From contig NW_015167061.1 in NCBI RefSeq assembly GCF_001447785.1, positions 2,059,770-2,123,769 of the forward strand: a DNA stretch of 64,000 nt, written 5' to 3'. Positions 47,301 to 57,505 of this stretch are shown here, one piece after another (the stretch's first letter is position 1; the number at the start of each line of letters is the position of its first letter). The translations under genes and the position numbers were made by a program. The DNA is from Gekko japonicus. Lineage: Eukaryota. The notes under the pieces are model-generated. The model was not told the origin of the DNA. It saw only the letters and a list, made by a program, of their open reading frames with translations, and searched no databases.

Positions 47301-49016
47301 TTCTTCCTTCTTCTCATTCCTTCTTCCTCTTCTTCCTCTTCTTCTTAAGGGGTGATCGTTTCCCTGCCTCGGGCTGCAGCAGTAAAGGCCCTGCAGCATC
47401 TAGTAGTAGGGTGCTCATGGCCTGCCACTGCTTCCCCATGAGGGTCTGCTGCACCCCCCTCCCTCCCCAAAAAGCCATGAATGCCGCTAACCTGCCCGTC
47501 GTTGACTCTCCAGCTGGATTTATGCATGGTCACAATCACCTCCACCCCGACGTCCAGGGGCCACCCGGTGACCAGAGAAGGGATCTTTGACATTTTCGTA
47601 TCATGGACAACATAGTTGACTCCGAGTGTCTTGTGCACATGAAAAGTGGTAGCGCCTGCAGGGGCCGACCTGCAAGAGAAGCAGAGAATTCACAGGTCGC
47701 CTGGGAGGAGGGGCAGCAGGGGTGGCACGTGGAACTCACTGCCAAGGGAGGCAAAGCGGTGGGGGCTGACCTGAAAGAGACCCTCGTGGGGGTCCCAGGG
47801 GATAACTTAGTTAATGGCGATGCTGACCCAGTGGGCGGTGGCCAGGAGAAAGGCAAGCTCTGCCCTAGGAAATGTTAGGAAAGGGACTGAAAGCACTGAT
47901 CAGTTGTGCTGCTGCGTTAGGAAGACCCAGATTTCCTGGTTGCTGTACCATGTCACCAAAAAAGAGACTGCAGTACTAGGAAAGGGCCAGGAAAGGGCAC
48001 GCAGAACAATTGAGGGGTTGGAGCATCTTCGCAATGAGGAGAGGATCTCTTTCTCTACCCCGACCACTCCTGTACACGGTTTTATGAAGCTCCAGCAAGT
48101 TATCAGTAATTTGAAGTCGGTTTCTTTTTAACTAAAAGGCGTCAAACTCTGTAGTCATTTCTCCGCAATAAACTGAAAAGCTCCAGGTTCCTTAGGCATT
48201 TGGAACTTAGTAGTTTAGAAAAGTATGAGTTCAAACTTACTGATCTCTATGAAATTATGCTCGATGTGGTCAGAGCAGATAAAGGGGGGGCATCACACTG
48301 GGGGGGGAGGTATTTGTGGATTTCCTGCCTTGTGCAGGGGGTTGGACTAGATGACCCTGGAGGTCCCTTCCAACTCTATGATTCTGTGATTCTAGAACTT
48401 TTAGCTACCACATGAAATCGAGGGGCATTTGAGGTTACTGACATATATCTTCTGTTCCCCCACATGAACATAAACCTATGTAGATGTAACTCCTGCCAAA
48501 GCATCCAACACCCCCAACTCTCTTAGGATTTCAGAAAATGTTAGCCACACGTAGCACTGGCATAAAATAAGTATTTATAGTAGCTGCTTTAAATGTATAT
48601 ATTTTTCTTATCGAAGATGTAGGAGACCTAGAACTGGTTATTCTGGAAACGTGTCATTACAGAGAGAGCTGCCTTCTGTAAAATGTAAGTGAATACCTAA
48701 AAGTGTCTCAGAGCATGTGCAATGTATCCACCCCACATCAGAAGAGCCCCACATCCTCACTCTCTTGTGCCACCTGAAGAAAGCTCCTAGGTTACAAACT
48801 GCATTTGAATCTGGGCAGATTCAAGCCCCACCTCCGGACTAAAACTCCCAAGTTTGTCTAACCGCTGTTAAGCCCTCTGCCCTTTCTTTTGGCTCCTAAA
48901 AATAGTCGTGAGAAAGTTTCTTACCCACAGACATCAAGGGAGAGTTCTGTGCCCAGCACGTAAACGGTGCTTGTTGGCTTCTCTGTGGAAAGTCGGACCC
49001 ATCTTTGCTGAGACAT
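23143..49016 (-). CDS. Protein-arginine deiminase (PADI1/PADI3-like; 'PADI-A'), complete 16-exon CDS, ~728 aa with a 64-aa repeat insertion
   Basis: complement(join(48925..49016,47492..47669,42126..42198,40012..40073,39139..39256,37038..37163,35424..35599,34526..34629,33625..33928,33021..33128,31443..31597,29675..29819,26521..26614,24419..24501,23978..24109,23143..23379)) = 2187 nt, open frame, all introns GT-AG. Catalytic motifs WIQDEME, GHVDEF and HCGTN are present. Paralogue identity cannot be resolved by eye. Confidence 0.95.
23978..24109 (-). CDS. PADI-A exon 15
   Basis: [44 protein letters not shown], 132 nt. Confidence 0.96.
24419..24501 (-). CDS. PADI-A exon 14
   Basis: [28 protein letters not shown], ttacag/gtaacc, 83 nt. 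Confidence 0.9.
24878..25256. mobile_element. Family-1 hAT MITE plus partial tandem duplicate
   Basis: Shared sequence. Confidence 0.75.
25255..25510 (+). mobile_element. Squam3-like SINE
   Basis: Same consensus. Confidence 0.8.
25998..26163 (+). mobile_element. RTE/BovB LINE 3' end
   Basis: GGATGAGATGGTTAGACAGT...CATGGGGTCGCGAAGAGTCGGAC...(CAA)n tail. Confidence 0.75.
26521..26614 (-). CDS. PADI-A exon 13
   Basis: [31 protein letters not shown], 94 nt. Confidence 0.95.
26683..27008 (-). mobile_element. CR1 3' fragment
   Basis: Matches the element at 11872. Confidence 0.75.
29675..29819 (-). CDS. PADI-A exon 12 (catalytic His/Asp)
   Basis: [45 protein letters not shown], 145 nt. Confidence 0.96.
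30505..31410 (+). mobile_element. Nested cluster: 5S-rRNA-derived SINEs > family-1 MITE (30740-31295) > BovB 3' fragment (30871-31262)
   Basis: GGAAGCTAAGCAGGG..GGTTAGT.CTTGG.TGGGAGACC 5S-like head; MITE halves flank an RTE ORF remnant ([22 protein letters not shown]). Confidence 0.75.
31443..31597 (-). CDS. PADI-A exon 11
   Basis: [10 protein letters not shown]...[29 protein letters not shown], 155 nt. Confidence 0.96.
31964..32295. mobile_element. Harbinger-like MITE
   Basis: TIR GGCCCATTCTGCATCTAGCA; 3-bp flank AAG/AAG. Confidence 0.6.
32355..32638 (-). mobile_element. Squam3-like SINE
   Basis: Reverse complement of the consensus. Confidence 0.78.
33021..33128 (-). CDS. PADI-A exon 10 (catalytic Asp)
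   Basis: [36 protein letters not shown], 108 nt. Confidence 0.96.
33625..33928 (-). CDS. PADI-A exon 9, expanded (5 x 16-aa units)
   Basis: pyrimidine tract + cccag|[18 protein letters not shown]...[36 protein letters not shown]|gtgact; 304 nt = 112 + 4x48. Confidence 0.85.
33980..34393 (-). mobile_element. Squam3-like SINE with duplicated tail, ~50 nt upstream of the exon 9 acceptor
   Basis: Reverse complement of the consensus. Confidence 0.78.
34526..34629 (-). CDS. PADI-A exon 8
   Basis: [34 protein letters not shown], 104 nt. Confidence 0.95.
35424..35599 (-). CDS. PADI-A exon 7
   Basis: ...YKAVLG...[29 protein letters not shown], 176 nt. Confidence 0.95.
36262..36851. mobile_element. 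Inverted pair of Squam3-like SINEs (36262-36530 +, 36571-36851 -)
   Basis: Two copies tail-to-tail. Confidence 0.78.
37038..37163 (-). CDS. PADI-A exon 6
   Basis: [42 protein letters not shown], 126 nt. Confidence 0.95.
39139..39256 (-). CDS. PADI-A exon 5
   Basis: [39 protein letters not shown] (Ca2+ ligands), 118 nt. Confidence 0.95.
40012..40073 (-). CDS. PADI-A exon 4
   Basis: [21 protein letters not shown], 62 nt. Confidence 0.92.
40889..40903. other. Assembly gap (N run)
   Basis: 15 N. Confidence 1.
42126..42198 (-). CDS. PADI-A exon 3
   Basis: [24 protein letters not shown], 73 nt. Confidence 0.92.
42589..42930 (-). mobile_element. Sauria SINE-like element
   Basis: Matches 7221-7558. 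Confidence 0.7.
43567..44029. mobile_element. Family-2 hAT MITE
   Basis: TIR CAGGGGTCATTT; TSD ttcctgct/tccctgct. Confidence 0.75.
44038..44243 (+). mobile_element. CR1 LINE 3' end
   Basis: AGGAAAAACTTTTTCAC...GGGTTGGACTAGATG...GATTCTGTGAT tail. Confidence 0.7.
45540..45800 (+). mobile_element. Degenerate RTE/BovB endonuclease fragment
   Basis: Reads as [20 protein letters not shown]...[10 protein letters not shown]...IGDWN. Confidence 0.7.
46989..47345 (+). mobile_element. Squam3-like SINE with long (CTT)n tail
   Basis: Consensus match. Confidence 0.78.
47492..47669 (-). CDS. PADI-A exon 2
   Basis: [11 protein letters not shown]...[26 protein letters not shown], 178 nt. Confidence 0.92.
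48925..49016 (-). CDS. PADI-A exon 1
   Basis: [31 protein letters not shown]|gtaaga, 92 nt (typical PADI exon 1 size). Confidence 0.92.
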
Positions 49017-49216
49017 GTCGGGGCCTTTCTCTGCCCCGCAGGCAGCCACAGGTGCGCCACAGGTGTCTGGCTGATCCCCTCCAAGGCAGTGGCACAGAAC
49101 GCTGGGTACCACCCGAGCTCCTCTGACCCGCAGGGCGGATGATCGGTTCAGTCCCACCCCTGGATCTCCTCCTCTGGGCTGGAACTTGGCCGTCAGTCTG
49201 CACACTCGAATGCCAT

Positions 49217-49218
<2 letters not shown>

Positions 49219-49270
<52 letters not shown>
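49219..49270. repeat. (GA)n microsatellite ~200 bp upstream of the PADI-A ATG
   Basis: About 26 perfect dinucleotide units. Confidence 0.95.
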
Positions 49271-49273
<3 letters not shown>

Positions 49274-51880
49274 TCAGCTGGCAGCCGAAGGAAGGAGGAG
49301 ACGGCAGAAGCCAGAGGGTGTGGGTAGACTTCCTTGCCCTGGAGAGGCAGTCCAGTGCGGCAAGGGACGGACTGCTCCCTCTCCGGTGCCAACATGTCTT
49401 GTCCAGTCAGGGCTTTGTCTTATCTGCAGCGGCAAACAGATTTGCCTGCAGCAAGGCGAGAGTTTTCCTTGGAGTGTTTTAACACCTGAGACGACTTGTG
49501 CTGGCCGAAATGGAGGTAATCTTCCTTGGGGTTGGTTGGTTTACCCTTAAACAGGAGATGTCTGGGGTGTGCCTTACCCATTATGTGCCCTGTGTCAGGA
49601 CCACTCAGCCATGAAAGTTGTTTTCTGTGTAGCGTTCAGTTCTGGGGTATGTCTGTGATGTGAAAGCTGAAAAAGAGATGTACATAAAATCTACATCTTC
49701 AAAAGTTTCAGGCAGGTCCGTAGTCACAGAGGGGCATCCCAGGGCCAGGCCCCCTGGGTTACTGGCAACGCCCCCCCACAATTCCCTATCCAGCCCAGGT
49801 CCCCCGAGCAGCGGCAGGGGCAAGGAAGGAGCCAGGGATCCCTTTAATCTGATTAGCTAGTGCCCCCCCACTTAAAAACTCCCGGCTACGGGCCTGGTTC
49901 CAGGTGTCCTGCCTTCACAGGTGCTGAAGGGAGTTCTAGACCTGCAGTACATGAAGCACACCTCTTATGTGGTCAGCCAGACTTCTAAAGAATCTGTGCC
50001 CCCCCAAAAAAACTCTCGCCGTTTTTGTTGTAGGTCTCTGAGAGGATGGCCCTTCTGCCTTTCTGGGTCTTTAGGGAGCCACATCCAGCTCTCCTGCCCA
50101 GGCAACCGTTACTGCCCAGGTTTGCCGCCACAGCTGGATGGAGCTTGCCGTACCTGCCTTCCACAGTCAAAGAGGGGAGCATGACCAATCCAGCCTCTGC
50201 CTGGTCCTCTGGGATGCAAAGAAAGTTGACAAAGGTGTTTATTGGCTTCTGATGTGGGAAAGATGAGAAGGTGGCTGTTACAATCTGTCTGGGAGAACCT
50301 GGCAAGCCCCATGCCCTGGCCTTTTTTGGACAAGCAGAGCTCAGAACATAGAGATCCTCCCTCCAGAACTGGTTCCTGGTCCCATATTCACGGTTCCTCA
50401 TTCACAAATCCAACCACAACGTTAATGATACTCAGAAAACTCTGTACGGCAACTCCTATGTCCCCAGGAGCCGTGGTGTTCCCTGGTCCAACACCAGATG
50501 TCAGTATTCACTGCTGCAAAGCAGGGAGAAATTAAGACCAAACACCTGCAGGTGTCCCAAAACAGCCTTTGGACCAACCCAAATCATATATCCCCAGACC
50601 CTGGGGACCGAGCCCCGTAAAGAGACATAACTCTGCAACCAGGTTTGGGGCACTGGATTTGTGAAGGTCCCAATCTTGTCTGGGGAGTGCGCAACTTTTT
50701 AAGGCCCATCAGTATTTGTGCTTAAACTCACAAAGGAGGTGCTAGGAACTGCCAATAAGGAACTGGCAACCAACTTCCATCTGATTAATTGCGGCTGAGG
50801 CAGCAAAACAGGAGACAACCTGCAGCATCACCAACTGATTGCAAATTAAGTTTGCAAATTAGGAGCTGGCAAGGGTTGCTCACAAGCAGCCGTGTGCTGA
50901 AACGACACTTCACCCTGACAGCATCTGTGTACATTCCAGGGCTGCAAGAGGAGCAGGCTCACATGTTGATAGGAGTGGGCCTAGAAAACAACAAAAAAAC
51001 AGATAACGTGCAGAGCCGTCAGGTAAGCAGTGGAGAGGAGACTGCTAGTATTTTCTAGGAATCGGGCAATTTCCCACTAGGTCAGAGCGGAGTGGCCTCA
51101 TAGAGTACATAAGGCTATTTTCCCAGGATGTCTTCTCTGCCAGCTACAGGTTTGTGGAGGGGCTCATGTGACAGGAATACAGTGGAACCCAGTGGTTGAA
51201 TTAATGGGGTGAATGGTAGAGTGGAGGGCATTTCTCCCACAACCTCAAGTGTAGAATGCAGGAGGCAAAAACTCGGGTGGAAGGGTGGGAACAAAGAGAT
51301 TTTGGATGGAGGCAGCCGACTCACAACAAGGATGCAAGGGCTGGCCTCGAGTATGGGCTGTCAGGTCCAAGTTAGGCAATCCCTGGAGGTTTGGGGGTAG
51401 AGCCTGGGGAGGGGCCTCCACAGAGTATAATGCCATTTTCTAAAGCAGCCATTTTCTCCAGGAGAACCAATGTCAGTAGTCTGAAGATCAGTGGTAATTC
51501 TGGGAGATCTCCAGGACTTGGTTTACCCGCCCTGGGTTGGGAAATTCCTGGAGGTTTTGGGGGGCGGCGGGGGGAGGCAGGGGCCCAGCAGGATATGGTG
51601 CCACAGAGTCCATCCTCCAAAGCAGCCGTTTTCTCCAGGAGAACTGGTCTCGGTTACTACCTGGAGATAACTTGTAATTCCAGGGGAGCTCCAGGCCTCT
51701 CCTAGAGGTTGGCAACCCTAGCAAGGTGTGGTGCTTGACCTGTATTGGAGGAGGTTGTGCTATCCATGAAGACTCAGGTTTACAGTGGGGTGGTACTTCT
51801 TACTTCCTGAAAGGCCAGGCACTGGCCCTCCCAACCTTTCTTGGGTTCATTTGGCTTTTGATTACTGTTATGTATCAGTT

Positions 51881-52171
51881 GAAGAAGAAGAAGAGAAGAA
51901 GAGATTGGATTTATACCCCATGGCCCTTCACTACCCAAGAGAGTCTCAAAGTGGCTGACAATCTCCTTTCCCTTCCCCTCCCCACCACAGACACCCTGTG
52001 AGGTAGGCAGGGCTGAGAGAGCTCTCTAGACAACTGCGCTTGGGAGAACAACTCTGAGAGAACTTGTGAATGACCCAAGGTCACACCAGCAGCTGCATGT
52101 GGAGGCAGAGTGGGGAATCAAACCCATTTCTCCCAGATTAGAGTCCACGCTCCTAACCACTACACCAAACT
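51881..52171 (-). mobile_element. Squam3-like SINE
   Basis: Consensus match. Confidence 0.78.
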
Positions 52172-55025
52172 GAAGCCGATGTACTAACTGCACCTCTTCC
52201 TGGAAAAGTGCAGCCTCCACAGTTACATGTGATCTGGTCTCTTCCCATCTGGGTGGACTCCTGTAGCATGTTCTACAAGGGGCAGATTTTGCACTTGTGT
52301 TTTTAAAAAAGAGAATTATTATTGCATATCCCTAGAGTGTGTTTTATTTCTGCCCCTCCCTGAGATCCGTGAGGAAAAGTAATTGAAATGTTGCTCCTGG
52401 AAACGTCAAACTGTGGCCACCTGGTGGTAATCTGGGGTGAGCTGCTTTGACCTGTTGGAGACATCTCGCATCATCTCTTGAGTAGCAAAAATGAAGCAGA
52501 GTCAGGTGCCACCAGGTAGCACTGGCATCCCATGTGGATTCATGTGGGTGCTGAGCGGAGAGTTCGAATCCTTTGGTACTCTCAGGAGAAAGGCCTTGTG
52601 ATCTTGAAGGGGTGGCTCTGAGTGGCTGACAATGGACTGTGAGGGGAGGCCATGGGACAGAGCAACCATCCCTCAACACCACCTTCTAGAAGCTACCACT
52701 CAGGCCACCAGGACACAACACCTCCAACGGCTACCTCAGGCAGGTGATCCAGAAGGATGCTTTGGTCAGCAACAGAAAGGTCCAAGAGAATCAACAAGAT
52801 CACGATCTCCTGCTCTTTCTAAGGAAGGCGACTGAGGGAGTGTTCTAATAAAGCCAGCCTCTTCAAGACAGCCCATATTTATTTACTGGGTAGTGCATAT
52901 GCAGAAACGACCGCTGCCCTTGCAGTCACCCCAATAATTCAACAGTTGGGACTGCACCCTCTCGCAGCAAATTCGTAGCTGGGGGGAAAGGTGCCCTTGA
53001 ATGAGTCATCCATCCCCCAAGCACCGAGTACTTCAAATATTTCAGCGCTTTCAAAATCAAATGGCTCTGGCCAGAGCAAGACAAAAGGTTTGTCATCTAG
53101 CAGCTCTGCTGGAATGTCACACCTAAAGGGACAGAGACCAGGAAAGCCAAAATGCTAGATTGTATTTCTTCCTTCTGGGGCAAGAGGATTGTGAATGACC
53201 CCAGAGGTCACTTTTGAGGGAAGATTATTAGTTCTCAGGACAGAAGAAAATCTCTCTTATCTTTTGGCCAGGGAAGTTCAAACCCTGAAAGACCAAGCTT
53301 TACAAAAACACTCCATCTTGATCAGGTGCTGAAGAACAAAGGAGTGAAGTCCTACCTCTGAGACTAAGGTAATGAAGGATTTTTAACTACTGCAGCTTCA
53401 AGTCTAATTTAGTATTTATTAGAATAAGTATAGAATTTAGGGTTTAGAGCAGAAGTGTCAAACTCATTTGTTATGAGGGCCAGATCTGACATAAATGTCA
53501 AATTTGTTGGGCTGGGCCACATATGCCATAAAATGTAATGCCACGTACTGGAGATACAAACTATATAAAGGTCACAGGCAAACCCAGTTAATGATATTAT
53601 TTTTTCTCAAAATACAAAGAAAAGTAATTGATTCCTAGCAGTAAAAGCAATTGATTTACTGGGGAACCCACAAAAGCCTGGCAGATCCACCCACCCCAGT
53701 GCTCATTCCTCCTGCATTTCCCACAGAAGCGGCAGGACTGAGGGGAAGGCCTGACAGAGACTGTTTCCAAAACCTCCAGGGGACGTTTTTTATCCTTGCC
53801 ACAACCCCTTTTTCCTCGCAGGCTGAAAACAGCACCAGTTGCTCACAGGCCAGATAAGAGCTTTGGATGGGCCAATTCTGGCCTATGGGCCATGTTTGAC
53901 ACCCCTCATTTAGAGGATAATGCGGTTTCACCTTTTCTTTGTATACTTGCTCATCCTGATGCTGTACAGACCATGTGTATGCTTTTTATTCATTTATTAA
54001 CCTTCCTTATCGAGTGCCCAAAGCCTGATCTCTGTACCTACACCAACCTATTCAGTCCCCCTTTCTGAACAGCAATAAAGAGCAGCAGCTGAGCTTGCCA
54101 TCCCTGGAGCACAAAAGCATGATAGACTGTTTCCACGCTAGCTAGTAGGAGTGAAGCAGGAGACGCAGCAAGTAGGCAGAGCTTTTAAAACAGTAATACA
54201 GAGTCCTAGATACCCAAATCTGTCTAGTGGGAGGTACTCTTTCCGATTTGTTGGTGGCAGCGGTTGTTATCCACAGAGTAGGTGACAACCCCTAGGGGTA
54301 AGGGGAAGGGTTACCTCACTGGGGAGGGGGGGTGAGACACTGGATGGCAGTGGGGGCTTTTCGGAACACCTGGGACAGGATGGAATTGTATAGATGGGTC
54401 AAATGCTAAAGGATGTATATGTGCTGCTTCACTGGACGTGTTTAATAAGCTACTGGTTATACCAGCTTAATGTACAAGAAACTGTCCACCTGAGTCACTC
54501 TCTGCCACTAGTCGCGGCAGCCTCTTAGGGCAAACAAACTGGGAAAGGTCATGGAATGCACCAATATAAGCATCTGCTCCCGGAGGCCATGTTTGGGGTG
54601 TGTTTTCCCAAAATGGGGCAGGTGGTGGCTGAAAACAGACCATTTTGTAGAAAACTGAGATTCCTAATTTCAGTTGCTTAAGGGACAGGATGAAATGATT
54701 ATGTAATCAGGATTGAAGAGTATCCTTGATGAACACAGGAAGACGTCTTCTCTTGAGCCAGGCTCCCTTTGGTCCGTCCAGGTCAGCCTGGTCTCCTCTC
54801 ATTGGCAGTGGCAGCTGGTCACATCACTGATGGTCACATCCTTTTAGCTGCAGATGCTGGTGACATTCTGCATGCCAAGCAGATGCTCTGTCACTGGACC
54901 GCTGTACCTTTGGTGCCAGATTTCCAACTGTCAGGGTCACCTGGTTGATCCTTCAGTGTCCTATTGTCGTCTCAGGAACATCCCCAATAAGCACTGCCTC
55001 CTCCTCCTCTGGGGGGAGTCCCGGC

Positions 55026-55231
55026 CAATACTCCCTCTAAGCTGTCGAGTCTTGTGAGCAAAAATTCTACTTTGTGAGCTCCTGGCATTCAAGTTGTGAG
55101 CGAGCTATTGGGCCGCTGCACAGATTAGTTTGCTCTGGAGCCCGCCTTCCTGAGCGGAGACAAAAATGTGTGAGCCGGAGGCTAAAAAAAGGGGAGCTAG
55201 CTCACACTCACTCAGCTTAGAGGGAACACTG
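55026..55231. mobile_element. Family-1 hAT MITE
   Basis: Perfect 8-bp TSD GTCCCGGC (55018-55025 / 55232-55239). Confidence 0.88.
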
Positions 55232-55351
55232 GTCCCGGCCCCTCCCCCTGCAGCATCCACTCCTCCCCCTCACACCCCAAATCTCTCCATGAAAGGACCA
55301 CCTGGTGGGAATCCATGTGCCATTAATCAGAACCCAACATTTCTTCAGACC

Positions 55352-55357
55352 TTTAAT
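55352..55357 (-). terminator. Probable PADI-B polyA signal ATTAAA
   Basis: Lies within a block homologous to the PADI-A 3' end. Confidence 0.55.
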
Positions 55358-57271
55358 CACACAGCTTGTAAAAACAATTGAGGGGAAGGAAGTTTGTCCG
55401 CAAATATGTGTATTTCTCTTAGGAAGGGGGGGGGAGGAGATCAACAGAGGTATAGAATTCAAAATCACCTAGTTGTTTGGGGTGTTTTTTTTTTTTTTAA
55501 AGGAAATGCACAATTTTCACCCGTGTCACTTACAGATCTTGTGCCACACATTTTAGGGGCAGGCAAGGGGGAGGGGGGTCAGCCTCCCCTCTGTGCCTGG
55601 ATTCCCGGACTGGCCCCTTCCGGTCACCCGCTTTGGCCCTAGACCTGTGTCTTGGGAGGTTAGTGCTGTGTGGATTAGAAGCGAAGGATTCTGCATGCTG
55701 GCCCTTCCTCTCTCTCAGTGGGCAAGGAGGCATCCAAGGGGTGAGCCATCCAGCCCAGTAGCACCGGTCACAACCCCAGCCTCTGTGGCCTTAGGCAGAG
55801 GTCAGCGATTCTACTCTAGATGGAGGCAGGGAGTGGAAAGGCAGCCTCCAAGCACCCGGGACCTACGTCAGGTCTTCCCAACCGGCCTCGGCTGCAGAAG
55901 GAAGAGCAAATGCGGCTATCAGAAGATGCCCACAGAACAGGGACTGCCAAATCTGCGAAGAAGCCCAGGAACCTACCAGGGCATGAAATGTGTTTGTGGA
56001 CCTCCCTAGTCGGTCCTTAAGACAAGGGAATGTGCAAGAAAACAAGACCGGCCCTTTAAACTGGCCACGGGAGGTGGAAGGAGAAGGCGGCCTTGGGATC
56101 CCCTTTGTAAATCTGGGTCCGAACTTGCCCCAGCCGGCCACCCTGAGCCGGCAACACAGGCGTTTAATGGAAATAAAACGAAGTCCTGTTCCGTTCCCTG
56201 GAGTAAAACGATGCGTCGGGGGAAGGGGGGGGGAAATCAGAGGGGCAGCTGTGCTATTTGTCTGGGCACCTTAAAGGCTGATAACAATTATGCTAGCATA
56301 TGCTTTCATGACTCAGAGCCCCTGAAGACGTGCGTTCCGACTCATTACGAAAGCTCACGGCCGCATAAATGTTGTTAGTCTTGAAGGTGCCACGAGGCTC
56401 CTGTTTTATAGGAAAAAACAAAAGCGTACCTCCACTGACCACAAGGAAAGGACATAATGTGTAGGGCAGGTGTCCGTGGACATCCCCTTCCTCCACTCCC
56501 ACCCCCTCCTTCATTCTTGTTCCTTCTTTCTCTGGTTCAGCAAAAAAAACAGCAGGGACCGTTCTCTGGACCCGTTTCCAGGCCAGAAAGCTCAGAGCTT
56601 GCTTTGGAATGTGGAAGGCTTTGGTTTTTAAGTAGGTGGACTAAAAGGGAGGAGGAAGGCTGAATGCGACCGGGACAGGGCTGAATTTTATGGTTCTGTA
56701 ACCATTTGCTGGTCAGAGGGAAGGCAGGACGGTGTCGCCCGAACTCAACCGATCTCAGGAACGCAGCAGGGTCCGTACCTGGAAGGGAGACCACCGAGGA
56801 GGGAGGCAACGGCAAAAGCCACCTCTGCTGCTCCCTTGCCTTGGAAGTCTCTTGCTGGGGTTGTAAGTTGGCTAAGACTTGACGGCACTTTCCACGCACA
56901 CACCCACTTGCTACTTCTCCTTCGCCCTCCCCCGGGAGACCAATCCTATTTTACTTGGAATGTGTATCACACCCCTCATCCTGGATGCTTTCAGTGGACG
57001 CTGCACCTTCGTACCCTGTTTCTCTGCTGTGAGTTAAAGGGCTGAATCTGTGCTGCTTTTTGATGGGTTCCGTGTGAGCCCTCAGGGCAAAAAGGGGACC
57101 CAGTTCTGAAACCTTCTTGCACTACCAGTGGGAGAAACCATGTGGTCCCTTTGAAAGTTCCCGAGGATGCGTTGGGCACAAGATAGCGGCAAGCTACGCA
57201 GCAGCTACTTCGGCACCTCCCGCTGCCGCCCAGAGTGCAGGGAATGGCCAGGGCTGCCCTCCCTTCCCGAC

Positions 57272-57505
57272 TCAGGGGATGACGTTCCACCACTTGAAGG
57301 AGAACGGCTTCCGGCGGACGTTGGTGCCGCAGTGGACTTCGCCAAGGTTTTCGTGGTAGGTTTCAAAATCATCGATGAAGGTGCAGGACAATCCCAGGGG
57401 CTCCAACAGGCGACGGACCTCCTCCTCCAGGCAGCACTGATCGTGAATAATGGGCCCAAACGGTTTGGGGATGCCCAGGTATTTCCCCAGAACAAGCATG
57501 TTCAC
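57272..57505 (-). CDS. PADI-B exon 16
   Basis: [77 protein letters not shown], 234 nt. Confidence 0.96.
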   Translation of the reverse strand: MNMLVLGKYLGIPKPFGPIIHDQCCLEEEVRRLLEPLGLSCTFIDDFETYHENLGEVHCGTNVRRKPFSFKWWNVIP

